Source: Spirochaetota bacterium (lineage in GTDB: Bacteria > Spirochaetota > UBA4802 > UBA5550). Taken from it: a stretch of 64,000 bases of DNA. The position numbers and the translations under genes were made by a program. Below are positions 16,050 through 24,998 of the stretch, piece after piece. The notes under the pieces were generated by a model that ran no database searches, was not told where the DNA came from, and worked only from the letters and a program-made list of their open reading frames with translations. The DNA lies in contig DAONAJ010000014.1 of the NCBI GenBank assembly GCA_035400945.1, positions 4,740-68,739 on the forward strand, read 5' to 3'. Each line of letters begins with the position of its first letter. Within the stretch, counting starts at the first letter, position 1.

Positions 16050-17063
16050 ATGACCGACAAAGGCAAATCCGGTGAAGAGAAATTCAAGTATTTCGGCCAT
16101 ATCGGCCGGATAGCGGTTATTTTTTTCCTGGGATTCTCCCTCTTTCTTATCGTATCGACCATCATGCTGATATTCCTGACCAAGCCCGATCGCGAGGTCG
16201 TGGTTCCCGATGTCGAGGGTAAACAGTTTATGGAAGTCTATAACAGTCTGGTCCGCAGGGGCATCAAGCCCGAGATCAAGTTCAAGGACATTGCCGATAT
16301 CGATGACGGCACCGTCCTTTCCCAGTACCCGAAAAAAGGAAAGGTCGTTCCCGAGAACAGCAGGATCAAACTGGTGGTGAGCCGCTCCGAATACTACATC
16401 GACGTCCCGAACCTCATCGGCAAGGAGCTTCCCCTGGCGCTGAACAACCTGAGGAACATCCACCGCCATGACCGGACCCTTTCCCTCGGCACCGGCGTGA
16501 TATCCTACATCCCCTCCGACAAGGTTGCCGACAACACCGTTATTGACCAGAGCCCCCGGGCCGGCGAAAAGGTCAGGCCTGACCGCAAAATCAACCTTCT
16601 GGTCTCGACGGGTAAAAGCGCCGCTGACGCGGTCATGCCCGACGTCAGGGGCCAGTCCATAGAGCTCTGCTTTGACCTGCTCCGGGCCAAGGGACTCACG
16701 GTTACCGAAGAAATCGTGGCCACGGATGATCCCGCAAAAAGCGGACTCGTCGTATCGCAGACCCCCGCCAAGGGGGCACCGGTGCGGAAGGGGGACGCCT
16801 GCACCCTCCAGGTCAGTTATAATCGGCTTGACAAGCGCCCCTACGCGGCATATGAAAAAATTGAATTCCAGATACCCAACGACGAAACGCAGGGTCTCTA
16901 CGAGGCGTATATCGAGGACAGCCATTCCAAGAGAATCAGGTTCTCGAAAAAGGCGGGACCCGGGCAGAAGATAGTGTTCGTCTTCAGGCGCGAGGGCAAC
17001 GCGACGATCACGTTCCGCCGCGATAAAAAACGTATAGATGACATGACCATCAATGTCGACTGA
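16050..17063 (+). CDS. Membrane-anchored PASTA-domain protein (three PASTA repeats, no kinase or PBP domain)
   Basis: N-terminal TM helix IAVIFFLGFSLFLIVSTIMLIFL. Three repeats follow the pattern vP-V.G....a...L...G........d.....G.V..Q.P..G..v.....i.L.vS. Confidence 0.7.
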   Translation: MTDKGKSGEEKFKYFGHIGRIAVIFFLGFSLFLIVSTIMLIFLTKPDREVVVPDVEGKQFMEVYNSLVRRGIKPEIKFKDIADIDDGTVLSQYPKKGKVVPENSRIKLVVSRSEYYIDVPNLIGKELPLALNNLRNIHRHDRTLSLGTGVISYIPSDKVADNTVIDQSPRAGEKVRPDRKINLLVSTGKSAADAVMPDVRGQSIELCFDLLRAKGLTVTEEIVATDDPAKSGLVVSQTPAKGAPVRKGDACTLQVSYNRLDKRPYAAYEKIEFQIPNDETQGLYEAYIEDSHSKRIRFSKKAGPGQKIVFVFRREGNATITFRRDKKRIDDMTINVD

Positions 17064-17730
17064 AGAAAAAAAACTGCTCATATCCCCCTCCATCATCGCG
17101 TCAGACCTGACGACGATCGGGGAGCAGGTGCGCGCCTTCGACGGCAGCATCGTGAACCTGCTCCACCTCGACGTCATGGACGGAAACTTCGTCCCCAACC
17201 TTACCTTCGGTCCCGGCTTCATCAGCTCTTTAAAGAAACATACGGCCATTCCCCTTGATGTGCACCTGATGATTGAACTGCCGGAGCGGTCTATCGGGGA
17301 GTACCTTGAATCCAAGCCCTGGGTTGTCACCATACACTATGAAAGCACGCGGTTCCCGGCGAGGATACTCCAGCAGATACGGAAGGCAGGCGTACTGGCG
17401 GGAATTGCCATAAACCCCTCAACCCCGGTGGAAGCCATCTTTGATCTGTTACCCTACGCTGACATGGCCCTTGTCATGTCGGTAGACCCCGGCTTTTACG
17501 GCCAGGCCTTCATGGAGCCGGCTATCGGCAGGATACAGAAGCTCGCGGCCCACATCAGGTCGGTCCCCGGACTCAAGGTCAGGATCCAGGTCGACGGGGG
17601 CATCGGACCGGACAACATAGCCCATGTTGTCAAGGCTGGCGCTGATATTGTCGTCGCCGGCAACGCCGCCTTCAAGGGGGGCGACGTCAACAAGAACGTG
17701 CGGGAACTCCGCGAAAGGGCAGGCGCGTAG
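17053..17730 (+). CDS. rpe: Ribulose-phosphate 3-epimerase
   Basis: The motifs PSIIASD, LHLDVMDGNFVPNLTFG, LDVHLM, MSVDPGFYGQ.F and VDGGI are present. It overlaps the PASTA gene by 11 nt. Confidence 0.9.
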   Translation: MSTEEKKLLISPSIIASDLTTIGEQVRAFDGSIVNLLHLDVMDGNFVPNLTFGPGFISSLKKHTAIPLDVHLMIELPERSIGEYLESKPWVVTIHYESTRFPARILQQIRKAGVLAGIAINPSTPVEAIFDLLPYADMALVMSVDPGFYGQAFMEPAIGRIQKLAAHIRSVPGLKVRIQVDGGIGPDNIAHVVKAGADIVVAGNAAFKGGDVNKNVRELRERAGA

Positions 17731-17830
17731 TATAATTCTGTTCACTGCTCCTTATTTTTTTAGTATCCAGATAAAGTTCCCAAAAACTATTCCCGCAATA
17801 CCCCGGCGGGGACTCGTATAATCCAACTAA

Positions 17831-17943
17831 TTTTAAGACCCCTGTCTATAACTTTTCCAGATGACATATGCCTTTTCATGCTTCAGATAAACTCTATTGC
17901 GTTTCTTGAGCCGGGCTGGCTGGTGGAGAAGATTTCTGGATTT
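17831..17943 (+). repeat. Direct repeat copy 1 (~113 bp)
   Basis: Roughly 90% identical by eye to 18834-18946. The two copies share a 41-nt identical core, TGACATATGCCTTTTCATGCTTCAGATAAACTCTATTGCGT. Confidence 0.8.
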
Positions 17944-17973
17944 AAAAAATACCGGCGCGGCATCGGATCGGCT

Positions 17974-18005
17974 AAAAAAAAAGCCCCTGGCGCAGGGGCT
18001 TTTTT
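17974..18005. terminator. Bidirectional rho-independent terminator
   Basis: A9-AGCCCCTG-GCG-CAGGGGCT-T6. It lies 24 nt downstream of the minus-strand stop at 18029 and also faces the plus-strand repeat copy 1. Confidence 0.75.
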
Positions 18006-18028
18006 GATTCGTAATAAGGCATTTTTTA

Positions 18029-18685
18029 TCAGTATGCTATGCAGAGAAGATGGTACGGAGAATTACACGTCGCGGTAAGAGTTTCTTGGTCATTGATCCA
18101 ATAATAGCTGTTCCCATTATCATAGGAACCCAGTATCCCGGAAGATAAATTTGATTCGGATGTCCACGAATTACATGTAAAGGTCGAGGAATAAGAAGAA
18201 CCATCATGCTGGCTCCCCAACCACCAGTTTGCATCAATTCCGATCGCTGCTTGAAGGGTCAACATAATCCCGCTAGAGTCCCACAGATCGCTCCAGTGAT
18301 CTTTTAACAATTGCGCCTGTCTTGTAGCAGCATCAAATCCATAGACCGGTAATTCCGCATACCTGGCCGGAACAAGGTCCTTAATATCACCATTTCTAAC
18401 CCCTGGAAAAGAAAGAAAGGCCTTTTTTACCGACGCGTTGTCCAGCAGGGTATAACCATAAGCGGCATCTACGCACAGGTCATTCGCACCGGTGCTGCCG
18501 CTCAGGTTTCCGTTATGCAGACCGCCGTCGTAAATATAGATCTGTTTCGGCGCGACTGAATTCAACAACGCAAGCCCCAGCAGCATTGGATCGTTTTCAT
18601 TTGAGTCATCGCACCCCACAATGGCGGGAGCGAACAACAGCCCCGCAACCAGAACAAAAAGCATAATCCGAAAGAAAAACTTCAT
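18029..18685 (-). CDS. DUF1554-like lipoprotein
   Basis: Lipobox signal peptide MKFFFRIMLFVLVAGLLFAPAIVGC. Contains GNLSGSTGANDLC and the C-terminal CNSWTS...YWINDQETLTATCNSPYHLLCIAY Cys pattern seen in DUF1554 proteins. The C-terminal region resembles that of the 62338-63678 product. Confidence 0.6.
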   Translation of the reverse strand: MKFFFRIMLFVLVAGLLFAPAIVGCDDSNENDPMLLGLALLNSVAPKQIYIYDGGLHNGNLSGSTGANDLCVDAAYGYTLLDNASVKKAFLSFPGVRNGDIKDLVPARYAELPVYGFDAATRQAQLLKDHWSDLWDSSGIMLTLQAAIGIDANWWLGSQHDGSSYSSTFTCNSWTSESNLSSGILGSYDNGNSYYWINDQETLTATCNSPYHLLCIAY

Positions 18686-18833
18686 GTAAAATCCCTCCCA
18701 TAGATTTTAAATCAGACTATTCAACCAGAAAGGATAAAATTCGTGTCCCTGGCGCATATTGTCAAGCAATATGAAAACCCGGGGCAAGGCCCGCATCCCC
18801 GACACCATCCCCCCTTCAGGGATATCCAAAAAA

Positions 18834-18946
18834 TTTTAAGTCCCCTGCCCAGAACTTTTCCAGTTGACATATGCCTTTTCATGCTTCAGATAAACTCTAT
18901 TGCGTCTCTTGAGCCGGGCTGGTAGATGGAGAAGATTCCTGGATTT
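18834..18946 (+). repeat. Direct repeat copy 2 (~113 bp)
   Basis: See copy 1. In this copy the core is preceded by TTGACA, where copy 1 has ATGACA. Confidence 0.8.
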
Positions 18947-19095
18947 TAATCTGGACCTTGTGTGAATACAGAGCTTTTTCCAAAATAACAAATAGAATTG
19001 ATTTTTTTGAATAATCTGACAGTGTATCTGCATGACGCCAATACGGTGAACAGGGAACTGCAGGCGACCGTGACCTGAACTTATCGGAGGATTCC

Positions 19096-19713
19096 ATGAC
19101 CACTATCCAGTTGCAGGCTCGCATCGAGTGCCCGGAATGCGCTCTTCCTATTCCCCTCAACGGCCCCTGGCTTTCGGTCCACTGCGACAACTGTCAGAAC
19201 GATTTCGAACTTGATGAAAGCTACTGGATCGGTGTCATCAAAGAGCTGACGAGCGACCTCCATGAAATGAAGGCCAAACCGGAGAAAATGGTGATATTCG
19301 ACGAATACGGAACCAATATCCTTTTTTGCAAAACAAAACCCCGCTGCCCCCGATGCAAGACGATTTATCCGGAGCAGGACGGTACGCAGGAAAAAACTTT
19401 CCAATGCGGGTCATGCGGCAAATCGGCTACCGTAATGCCCGCTCCCGAATGGATTGGCTCGGCAATCCCGAAGGTAACCGTATTGTACAATGCCACGAAA
19501 GGGCAAACTGCGGCGGATTCCCCATACATGTCAAAACCGATCGTATTCTCCTGCCTTCAGTGCGGGGCTGCCCTCAAGGTTGACGGAACCTCGCGCATAG
19601 TCTCCTGTTCCTACTGTGATTCAGACAATTACCTTCCCGACGCGCTCTGGCTTCGGCTCCATCCCGCCAGCATCATGACCAAATGGTATTTGGGACTGGG
19701 TAGCAAGAAATGA
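19096..19713 (+). CDS. Multi-zinc-ribbon hypothetical protein
   Basis: GGAGG RBS. Paired CxxC motifs are CPEC...CDNC, CPRC...CGSC and CLQC...CSYC. Confidence 0.55.
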   Translation: MTTIQLQARIECPECALPIPLNGPWLSVHCDNCQNDFELDESYWIGVIKELTSDLHEMKAKPEKMVIFDEYGTNILFCKTKPRCPRCKTIYPEQDGTQEKTFQCGSCGKSATVMPAPEWIGSAIPKVTVLYNATKGQTAADSPYMSKPIVFSCLQCGAALKVDGTSRIVSCSYCDSDNYLPDALWLRLHPASIMTKWYLGLGSKK

Positions 19714-19961
19714 TAATGAAGCGCGCCCTGCATGAATTGCTCTGACCCTTCCGAAGGGTTTCTACCCGTGTGACAAAGATGCTCTTTTCCCCGCCGCTGT
19801 CATATTCACAAGCCTTTTCATGAACCGTCATGGAGAAAAAGGACGCACGGCCTGCCTCGATCAAAGTCCGTTAAGAACCATTGTACCGCAACGGCCTCAG
19901 AGCAGGCCTGCCCCTCTTCCCTGGCTAATGATCGCTATGATCCGGCACCGCACGCGCACGA

Positions 19962-21934
19962 GTCAAACCATTCAAGGGTATCCCGGACGGTTGCATCGGC
20001 AACCTGGTGGACAACTCCGTCGTGATAACCGAACACTTCGCGCGCCTCCGGGAAACGGGCCTCCCGGGCAGGGAGGCGGCCGTCGCCTCAGCGAAGCAGT
20101 TCGCGGCCCCCTTCATCGCCTCGACGATCACCATCATATCCGCCTTCCTCCCCATGGTCGTGACGCGCGGCGTCATGGGCCAGTTCATCAGGTGGATCCA
20201 GATCGTCGTCATGATCGCGCTCACCTTCGCGCTCATCGAGTCGCTAACCCTTCTGCCGGCGCGCCTGCAGTTCTTCGGAAGGCGCGGAGCCCAGCCTGCG
20301 ACCGCTGCGGGGGCCCGCGCGCAGGCCTGTTCCGCATCATCAAGAAAAGGTTCTCCGAATTCATCCGCCATTCGCTCGGTAAAAGGCGGACCGTCTACCT
20401 CCTGCTGACGTTCCTGATCGTCTCATCACTCGCTGTCACGGCGCTGTTCAACCGTTTCGAGCTCTTTCCGCCCGAGGGCGTCGAGTACTACGCTCTCCGA
20501 TTCGAGATGCCGGCCAGCACCACTCTCGCCGCGACGGACCTCACGGGCCGTGACCTCTCCGCGCTGGCGGTGAAGGCGCTGGGTAAAAAAATCGCGGCTT
20601 CGGTCACGGCTCATGCCGGCCGCCAGTCGCTCGGCGTCGGCGATCCCCAGAGCAGGACCGGGGACAACACCGGCCTGGTCCTCATACAGATACGGCCGGA
20701 GCTGGTCCCGGACCTCGGCGTGAGCGAAATGCTCGCAAAGCTCGCGGCCATACGGAAGCCGGCGGGCGTGGCGTCCCTGGCGTCATCCTCGATCCAGGGA
20801 GGACAGCCCATCGGCAAGCCCCTCACCCTGCGCTCGTCAAACGTGAAACAGCTCGAGGGCCTCGCACGCGCGATGGTCGGCCGGCTCGCCCGGATACCGG
20901 GCGTGATCAATCCCTCCACTGACGTGGAGTCGGGCGGCGCCGAGCACCGCGTCACGGTGCGGGGCATCATCGCGGCAATGGGCCAGACGAGCATATCCGG
21001 GGCATCGGGAACCAGCTCAGTATCGCCCTCCAGGGCAGGCCGATAGCCACGCTGAGCGAATCCAGGAGGGAGCACAAGGTCGTCGTGCGCTTTGACGACC
21101 GGGACAAGTCGGACTTCGGGAGCTTTACCCGTACCCCGCTGCTGATCAGGCGTAACGCCTTCATCCCGCTGAACAAAATTGCCGACTTCTCCGGGGGGGA
21201 AGCGCCGTCGACCATAAAAAGCTACAACCATATGCGGTCGATAACAATAACCGCGGACACGGACCCGAAGAGGATATCTTCGGCGCGGCTCAACATGGAC
21301 GCTCGCTCTATGCTCCGCGACCTCTCGTCCCGGTTCCCCGATGTGACGGCCGTATTCGGCGGCGAGGAGAAGGCCACGCGCGATTCGCTTCAGTCCCTGG
21401 CGTTCGCGATGCTCCTTGCCCTGCTCGGGATATTCGCGACCCTCGTCTTCATGTTCAGGAGCTTCGCGCGGCCCTTTCTCGTCCTGTCCACGATCCCCCT
21501 GGGAATCATCGGCGTGCTGTACGCCTTCACGATCACCGGCAGGCCGCTGAGCTTCATGGCGTTCATTGGCGTCGTGGGCCTCTCCGGCGTGGTCATAAAC
21601 TCCTCCATCATACTCCTCGACCACATCGAGGAGCTCCGCGAAGGCAATCCGGGTATGGAGCTCACGGAGCTGCTGGTCAGGGCATCCTCCGGCCGCCTTC
21701 GGGCTCGGCGGGTATGATCCCATAATCGCCCCCCTCACGCTGGCCCTCTCATGGGGCATGATCGTGGGCACGGTCCTCTCGCTGATATGGCTCCCCACCG
21801 GCTACCTCATATTCAAGCGGATATCCGGCCGCTTTTCACGACGGCCGGACCCTGTCCCGCCGTGGCTCGTGGACAGGCCGAAAACAAGGGTTCCAAAAAA
21901 GAAGCTGGTAAGTGCCCGCGCAGATAGGATTTGA
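19962..21934 (+). pseudogene. RND (AcrB/HAE-type) efflux transporter pseudogene: 5'-truncated with at least three frame changes
   Basis: RND-like sequence runs through frames 0, 2, 1 and 2. Frame 0: IGNLVDNSVVITEHF...ASTITIISAFLPMV. Frame 2: FRIIKKRFSEF...periplasmic-domain-like. Frame 1: LAFAMLLALLGIFATLVFMFRSF..PLGIIGVLYAF...GVVGLSGVVINSSIILLDHI. Frame 2: WGMIVGTVLSLIWLPTGYLIF...stop 21932-21934. About 350-400 N-terminal residues of a normal RND are missing. Confidence 0.7.
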
Positions 21935-22025
21935 ATCCTGGTTACAAACCCTAAAGCGGGGGCTGGGGCGCCGGGATAAAGGGAGGAAATAAACTGATTA
22001 ATTTCCCCTTTTTGGCTATTTTCTA

Positions 22026-22055
22026 TTGACAAAAAAATAGGGGTAAAAATAAATA
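22026..22055 (+). promoter_or_regulatory. Putative sigma-70 promoter (TTGACA-18-TAAATA) for the rpsP operon
   Basis: Hexamers read directly, ~30 nt upstream of the rpsP RBS AGGAGG. Confidence 0.4.
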
Positions 22056-22083
22056 AATTCCTAATCATTACAGGAGGACTGTT

Positions 22084-22347
22084 GTGGCTGTTAAGATACG
22101 CTTACAGAGAATGGGGACGAAAAAGAAGCCATTTTACCGGATTATCGCCGTTGACGAAAGGGAAAAAAGGGACGGCAAGTTCATTGATCAGCTGGGACGC
22201 TACCAGCCGATAGTTGACGGCGAACAGCTGGTCGTTGACGAGACGAAGTTGTTCCACTGGCTTGGAAAAGGCGCGGTACCGACTCATACCATCATGCAAC
22301 TTATAAAGAAAAAGGGGTTGTGGCAGAAATTTAAAACCGCCAAATAA
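22084..22347 (+). CDS. rpsP: 30S ribosomal protein S16
   Basis: GTG start after [46 protein letters not shown] is canonical S16. Confidence 0.95.
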   Translation: MAVKIRLQRMGTKKKPFYRIIAVDEREKRDGKFIDQLGRYQPIVDGEQLVVDETKLFHWLGKGAVPTHTIMQLIKKKGLWQKFKTAK

Positions 22348-22364
22348 TTCCACAGGAGTCGGAA

Positions 22365-22601
22365 ATGAACTATAAAGAACTCGTCGAGTACATGGTCAAA
22401 TCCGTTGTTGACCATCCGGACCAGGTGGAAATACGAGAGGTTGAAGGAGAAAAATCGACAATCCTCGAATTGCGGGTAACGAAAGAAGACATCGGGAAGG
22501 TTATCGGAAAACACGGCAGAATAGCCCGGGCGATACGGACCATCATAAACGCTTCCGCTACAAAATCTGGAAAACGGGTGGTGCTGGAAATACTCGATTA
22601 A
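22365..22601 (+). CDS. KH-domain RNA-binding protein (YlqC/KhpA family)
   Basis: 78 aa with [15 protein letters not shown] (GxxG KH motif). It occupies the conserved position between rpsP and rimM. Confidence 0.8.
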   Translation: MNYKELVEYMVKSVVDHPDQVEIREVEGEKSTILELRVTKEDIGKVIGKHGRIARAIRTIINASATKSGKRVVLEILD

Positions 22602-23128
22602 TGACAGATGACTATATCCGCATAGCTGTTGCCGCCGGGGCCCACGGCCTGACCGGCCGCCTGAAGGTCCTGGTTATCTCCGATATCAGGGAACGATTTG
22701 ACGAAGGTAAATCAGTTTTTATAAAGACCAAAACCGGCTATCGTGAATTCAAAATACTGAATTTCATCGAGCAGAAAGGAAGAAGCGGACTCCTGCAGCT
22801 CGAGGGCATACACGACCGGGATACAGCCCTCGCATTGAAAGGTTCCGACATTTGTATAGAACGGGCGGAAGCTGAACGGACCAGGGACGACCTGGACGAG
22901 GACAGTTATTATTATTTTGACGTTATCGGATGCGTCGCTTACTGCAAGGACCGGCTGCTCGGCACCGTGACTGACATCCTTGAGGCGGGCTCCGGAGAAA
23001 TACTTATCATATCGAACGATGAAGGGAAGCAGTTCATGGTTCCCTTTGTTGAATCGATGGTGGATACGAAGGACATACGGAACAGAGTACTGGATATCAA
23101 TCCCGTTGAGGGCCTGTTTGAAGTTTAA
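22601..23128 (+). CDS. rimM: 16S rRNA processing protein RimM
   Basis: I.IA...GAHGL.G.LKV N-terminus and a PRC-barrel-like C-terminus. Conserved synteny, and a TAATG overlap with the upstream gene. Confidence 0.85.
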   Translation: MTDDYIRIAVAAGAHGLTGRLKVLVISDIRERFDEGKSVFIKTKTGYREFKILNFIEQKGRSGLLQLEGIHDRDTALALKGSDICIERAEAERTRDDLDEDSYYYFDVIGCVAYCKDRLLGTVTDILEAGSGEILIISNDEGKQFMVPFVESMVDTKDIRNRVLDINPVEGLFEV

Positions 23129-23816
23129 GATTGTGACACTGTTCCCCGATTTTTTCGCCTCTCCGCTGCGCAGCGGCCTGCTCGGGAAAGCGGTGGAAGG
23201 CAGAATCATCGACGTCACGATCACCGATATCCGGAATTTTGCGACGGACCGGTACCGCAGCTGCGACGATTATCCCTACGGCGGCGGTTCCGGAATGGTG
23301 CTCATGCCGGGGCCCCTTGACGGGGCCATCGAAAGCGTGAAGGAAAAGGGCACCAGGGTGGTGCTCACCTCGGCATCGGGCAGGCTCCTCAACCAGGACC
23401 TGGTCAAGGAGTTTGCGGCGCACGATGATCTCTGTATCGTGTGCGGGCACTACGAGGGCGTGGACCAGCGGGTGATCGACCGCCATGTTGATTACGAGAT
23501 CTCCATCGGCGACTACGTGCTCTCCGGCGGAGAGTACGCCGCACTGGCGATCATCGACGCGGTTTCCCGGTACGTGCCGGGGTTCATGTCGAACAGCGAG
23601 TCCCTGAACGAGGAGAGCTTTGAGCTGGACCTGCTGGAATATCCTCATTACACGCGTCCTGAGGATATTTTCGGAATGAAGGTCCCCGGGGTGCTGCTGA
23701 GCGGCAACCACAAAATGATACAGGACTGGCGGCGCGAGGAAAGCCTGAACAAGACCAGACGGACCAGGCCCGATTTGTACAGAAAACATCTTATAAGAAA
23801 AATATCAGGAGAATGA
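23118..23816 (+). CDS. trmD: tRNA (guanine37-N1)-methyltransferase TrmD
   Basis: (M)KFKIVTLFPDFF..., DDYPYGGGSGMV, CGHYEGVDQRV, SIGDYVLSGGE. The start is placed at TTG 23118, overlapping rimM by 11 nt. The exact start is uncertain and GTG 23133 is an alternative. Confidence 0.9.
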   Translation: MKFKIVTLFPDFFASPLRSGLLGKAVEGRIIDVTITDIRNFATDRYRSCDDYPYGGGSGMVLMPGPLDGAIESVKEKGTRVVLTSASGRLLNQDLVKEFAAHDDLCIVCGHYEGVDQRVIDRHVDYEISIGDYVLSGGEYAALAIIDAVSRYVPGFMSNSESLNEESFELDLLEYPHYTRPEDIFGMKVPGVLLSGNHKMIQDWRREESLNKTRRTRPDLYRKHLIRKISGE

Positions 23817-23819
23817 GCG

Positions 23820-24266
23820 ATGGACATCATGCAGGAAATTGAAAAGAAAATAATGCCGGTCGACAGGAAGATAAATTTCGAAATCGGCGACACGGTCCGC
23901 GTACACTACCGCATCGTTGAGGGAAACCGCGAGCGAATCCAGGTTTACGAAGGCATTGTGATCGCCATCGACAACAAGGGCGTCAGCAAGACCTTTACCG
24001 TCCGGAAGCTCTCATTTGACGTCGGTGTCGAGCGGATCTTCCCCGTATACTCGACGAGGATCGCCAAGATAGACGTCGTGCGGAAGGGCAAGGCCCGCCG
24101 CGCCAAACTCTACTATCTCAGGGAGCGGACCGGCAAGTCCGCCAAGCTGCGCGAGAAGACCGGAAAGGGCGGCAAAAAGCATTCAGCCGCCGCGGCCGAC
24201 GTGCCGGGGACCCATGCCGCCGATGAAGCGGCCCCCGCTGAAGGGACAGCCCAGCAGGAATCCTGA
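23820..24266 (+). CDS. rplS: 50S ribosomal protein L19 with an Ala/Lys-rich C-terminal extension
   Basis: [30 protein letters not shown]....[21 protein letters not shown] is canonical L19. About 30 extra C-terminal residues follow. Confidence 0.95.
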   Translation: MDIMQEIEKKIMPVDRKINFEIGDTVRVHYRIVEGNRERIQVYEGIVIAIDNKGVSKTFTVRKLSFDVGVERIFPVYSTRIAKIDVVRKGKARRAKLYYLRERTGKSAKLREKTGKGGKKHSAAAADVPGTHAADEAAPAEGTAQQES

Positions 24267-24287
24267 TATCCCGGGACCGGGCTTTAG

Positions 24288-24998
24288 TTGGAACCAGCAA
24301 ACAATACCGGTGGCATCACTGAAATCAAAAAGGCGGGCGATGAGTCCGCCTTTTTGCATTATCCCACCTTTGCCATAGAAAAAAAGCTGCTGGAGGAAGG
24401 CATTTCTCTCATCGCCGGCGTCGACGAGGTCGGCAGAGGCGCCCTGGCAGGGCCTCTCTGCCTCGGCATCGTCATCTACCAGGCATCCCTTATCGCCTCC
24501 ACTGAAGGTCCCATCCCCGGCATCAACGATTCGAAAAAGCTGACCCCCCGGAAGCGAAAATCAAGCCTTGAGCTGATCCGGGCCACCGCACTCCACGCGT
24601 CATCGGTTCTGGTGTCCCACCGCACCGTTGACCGGCTCAACATAAATGGCGCCACAGAATTTGCACTAAATCGGCTCATCGGGAGTATACCTATTAAGCC
24701 GGATATAATTATACTCGATGGAAATTTTTCTTTTCAAGCGCCGGTTCCCATTCGTTCAATATTGAAAGGGGACGCTCAATCGATATCAATCGCATCGGCC
24801 TCCATAGTGGCGAAGGTGCGCCGCGATACGATCATGGAACGGTTCGACGAGATGTACCCCGGTTATCACTTTGACAGCAACAAGGGCTACGGCACCGGGA
24901 AACACCTTGAGGCGCTCGCCGCCCGGGGGCTCTCACCGATACACCGGAGGAGCTACGAGCCGGCACGGAGCATGGTTACACCCGAAGGTGATCTGTGA
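24288..24998 (+). CDS. rnhB: Ribonuclease HII
   Basis: IAGVDEVGRGALAGPL, DSKKLT..KR and YPGY.F..NKGYGT..H are present. The start codon is uncertain because the frame has only a TTG at 24288 and no ATG before the catalytic motif. Confidence 0.85.
   Translation: MEPANNTGGITEIKKAGDESAFLHYPTFAIEKKLLEEGISLIAGVDEVGRGALAGPLCLGIVIYQASLIASTEGPIPGINDSKKLTPRKRKSSLELIRATALHASSVLVSHRTVDRLNINGATEFALNRLIGSIPIKPDIIILDGNFSFQAPVPIRSILKGDAQSISIASASIVAKVRRDTIMERFDEMYPGYHFDSNKGYGTGKHLEALAARGLSPIHRRSYEPARSMVTPEGDL

Noticed and set aside
17878-18925. Two short ORFs sharing the peptide MLQINSIA(F/S)LEPGW (17878-18078 and 18743-18925)
   Set aside because: The similarity follows from the nucleotide-level direct repeat. 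One ORF stops right after the shared part, while the other runs through a terminator and into an antisense gene. The start contexts also differ, so the pair does not look like a conserved micropeptide.
19820-21046. 408-aa ORF presented as a single protein
   Set aside because: Its first ~190 residues are Arg/Pro/Gly-rich nonsense, an out-of-frame reading of RND sequence. Only the second half is RND-like, so I interpret it as part of the frameshifted pseudogene.
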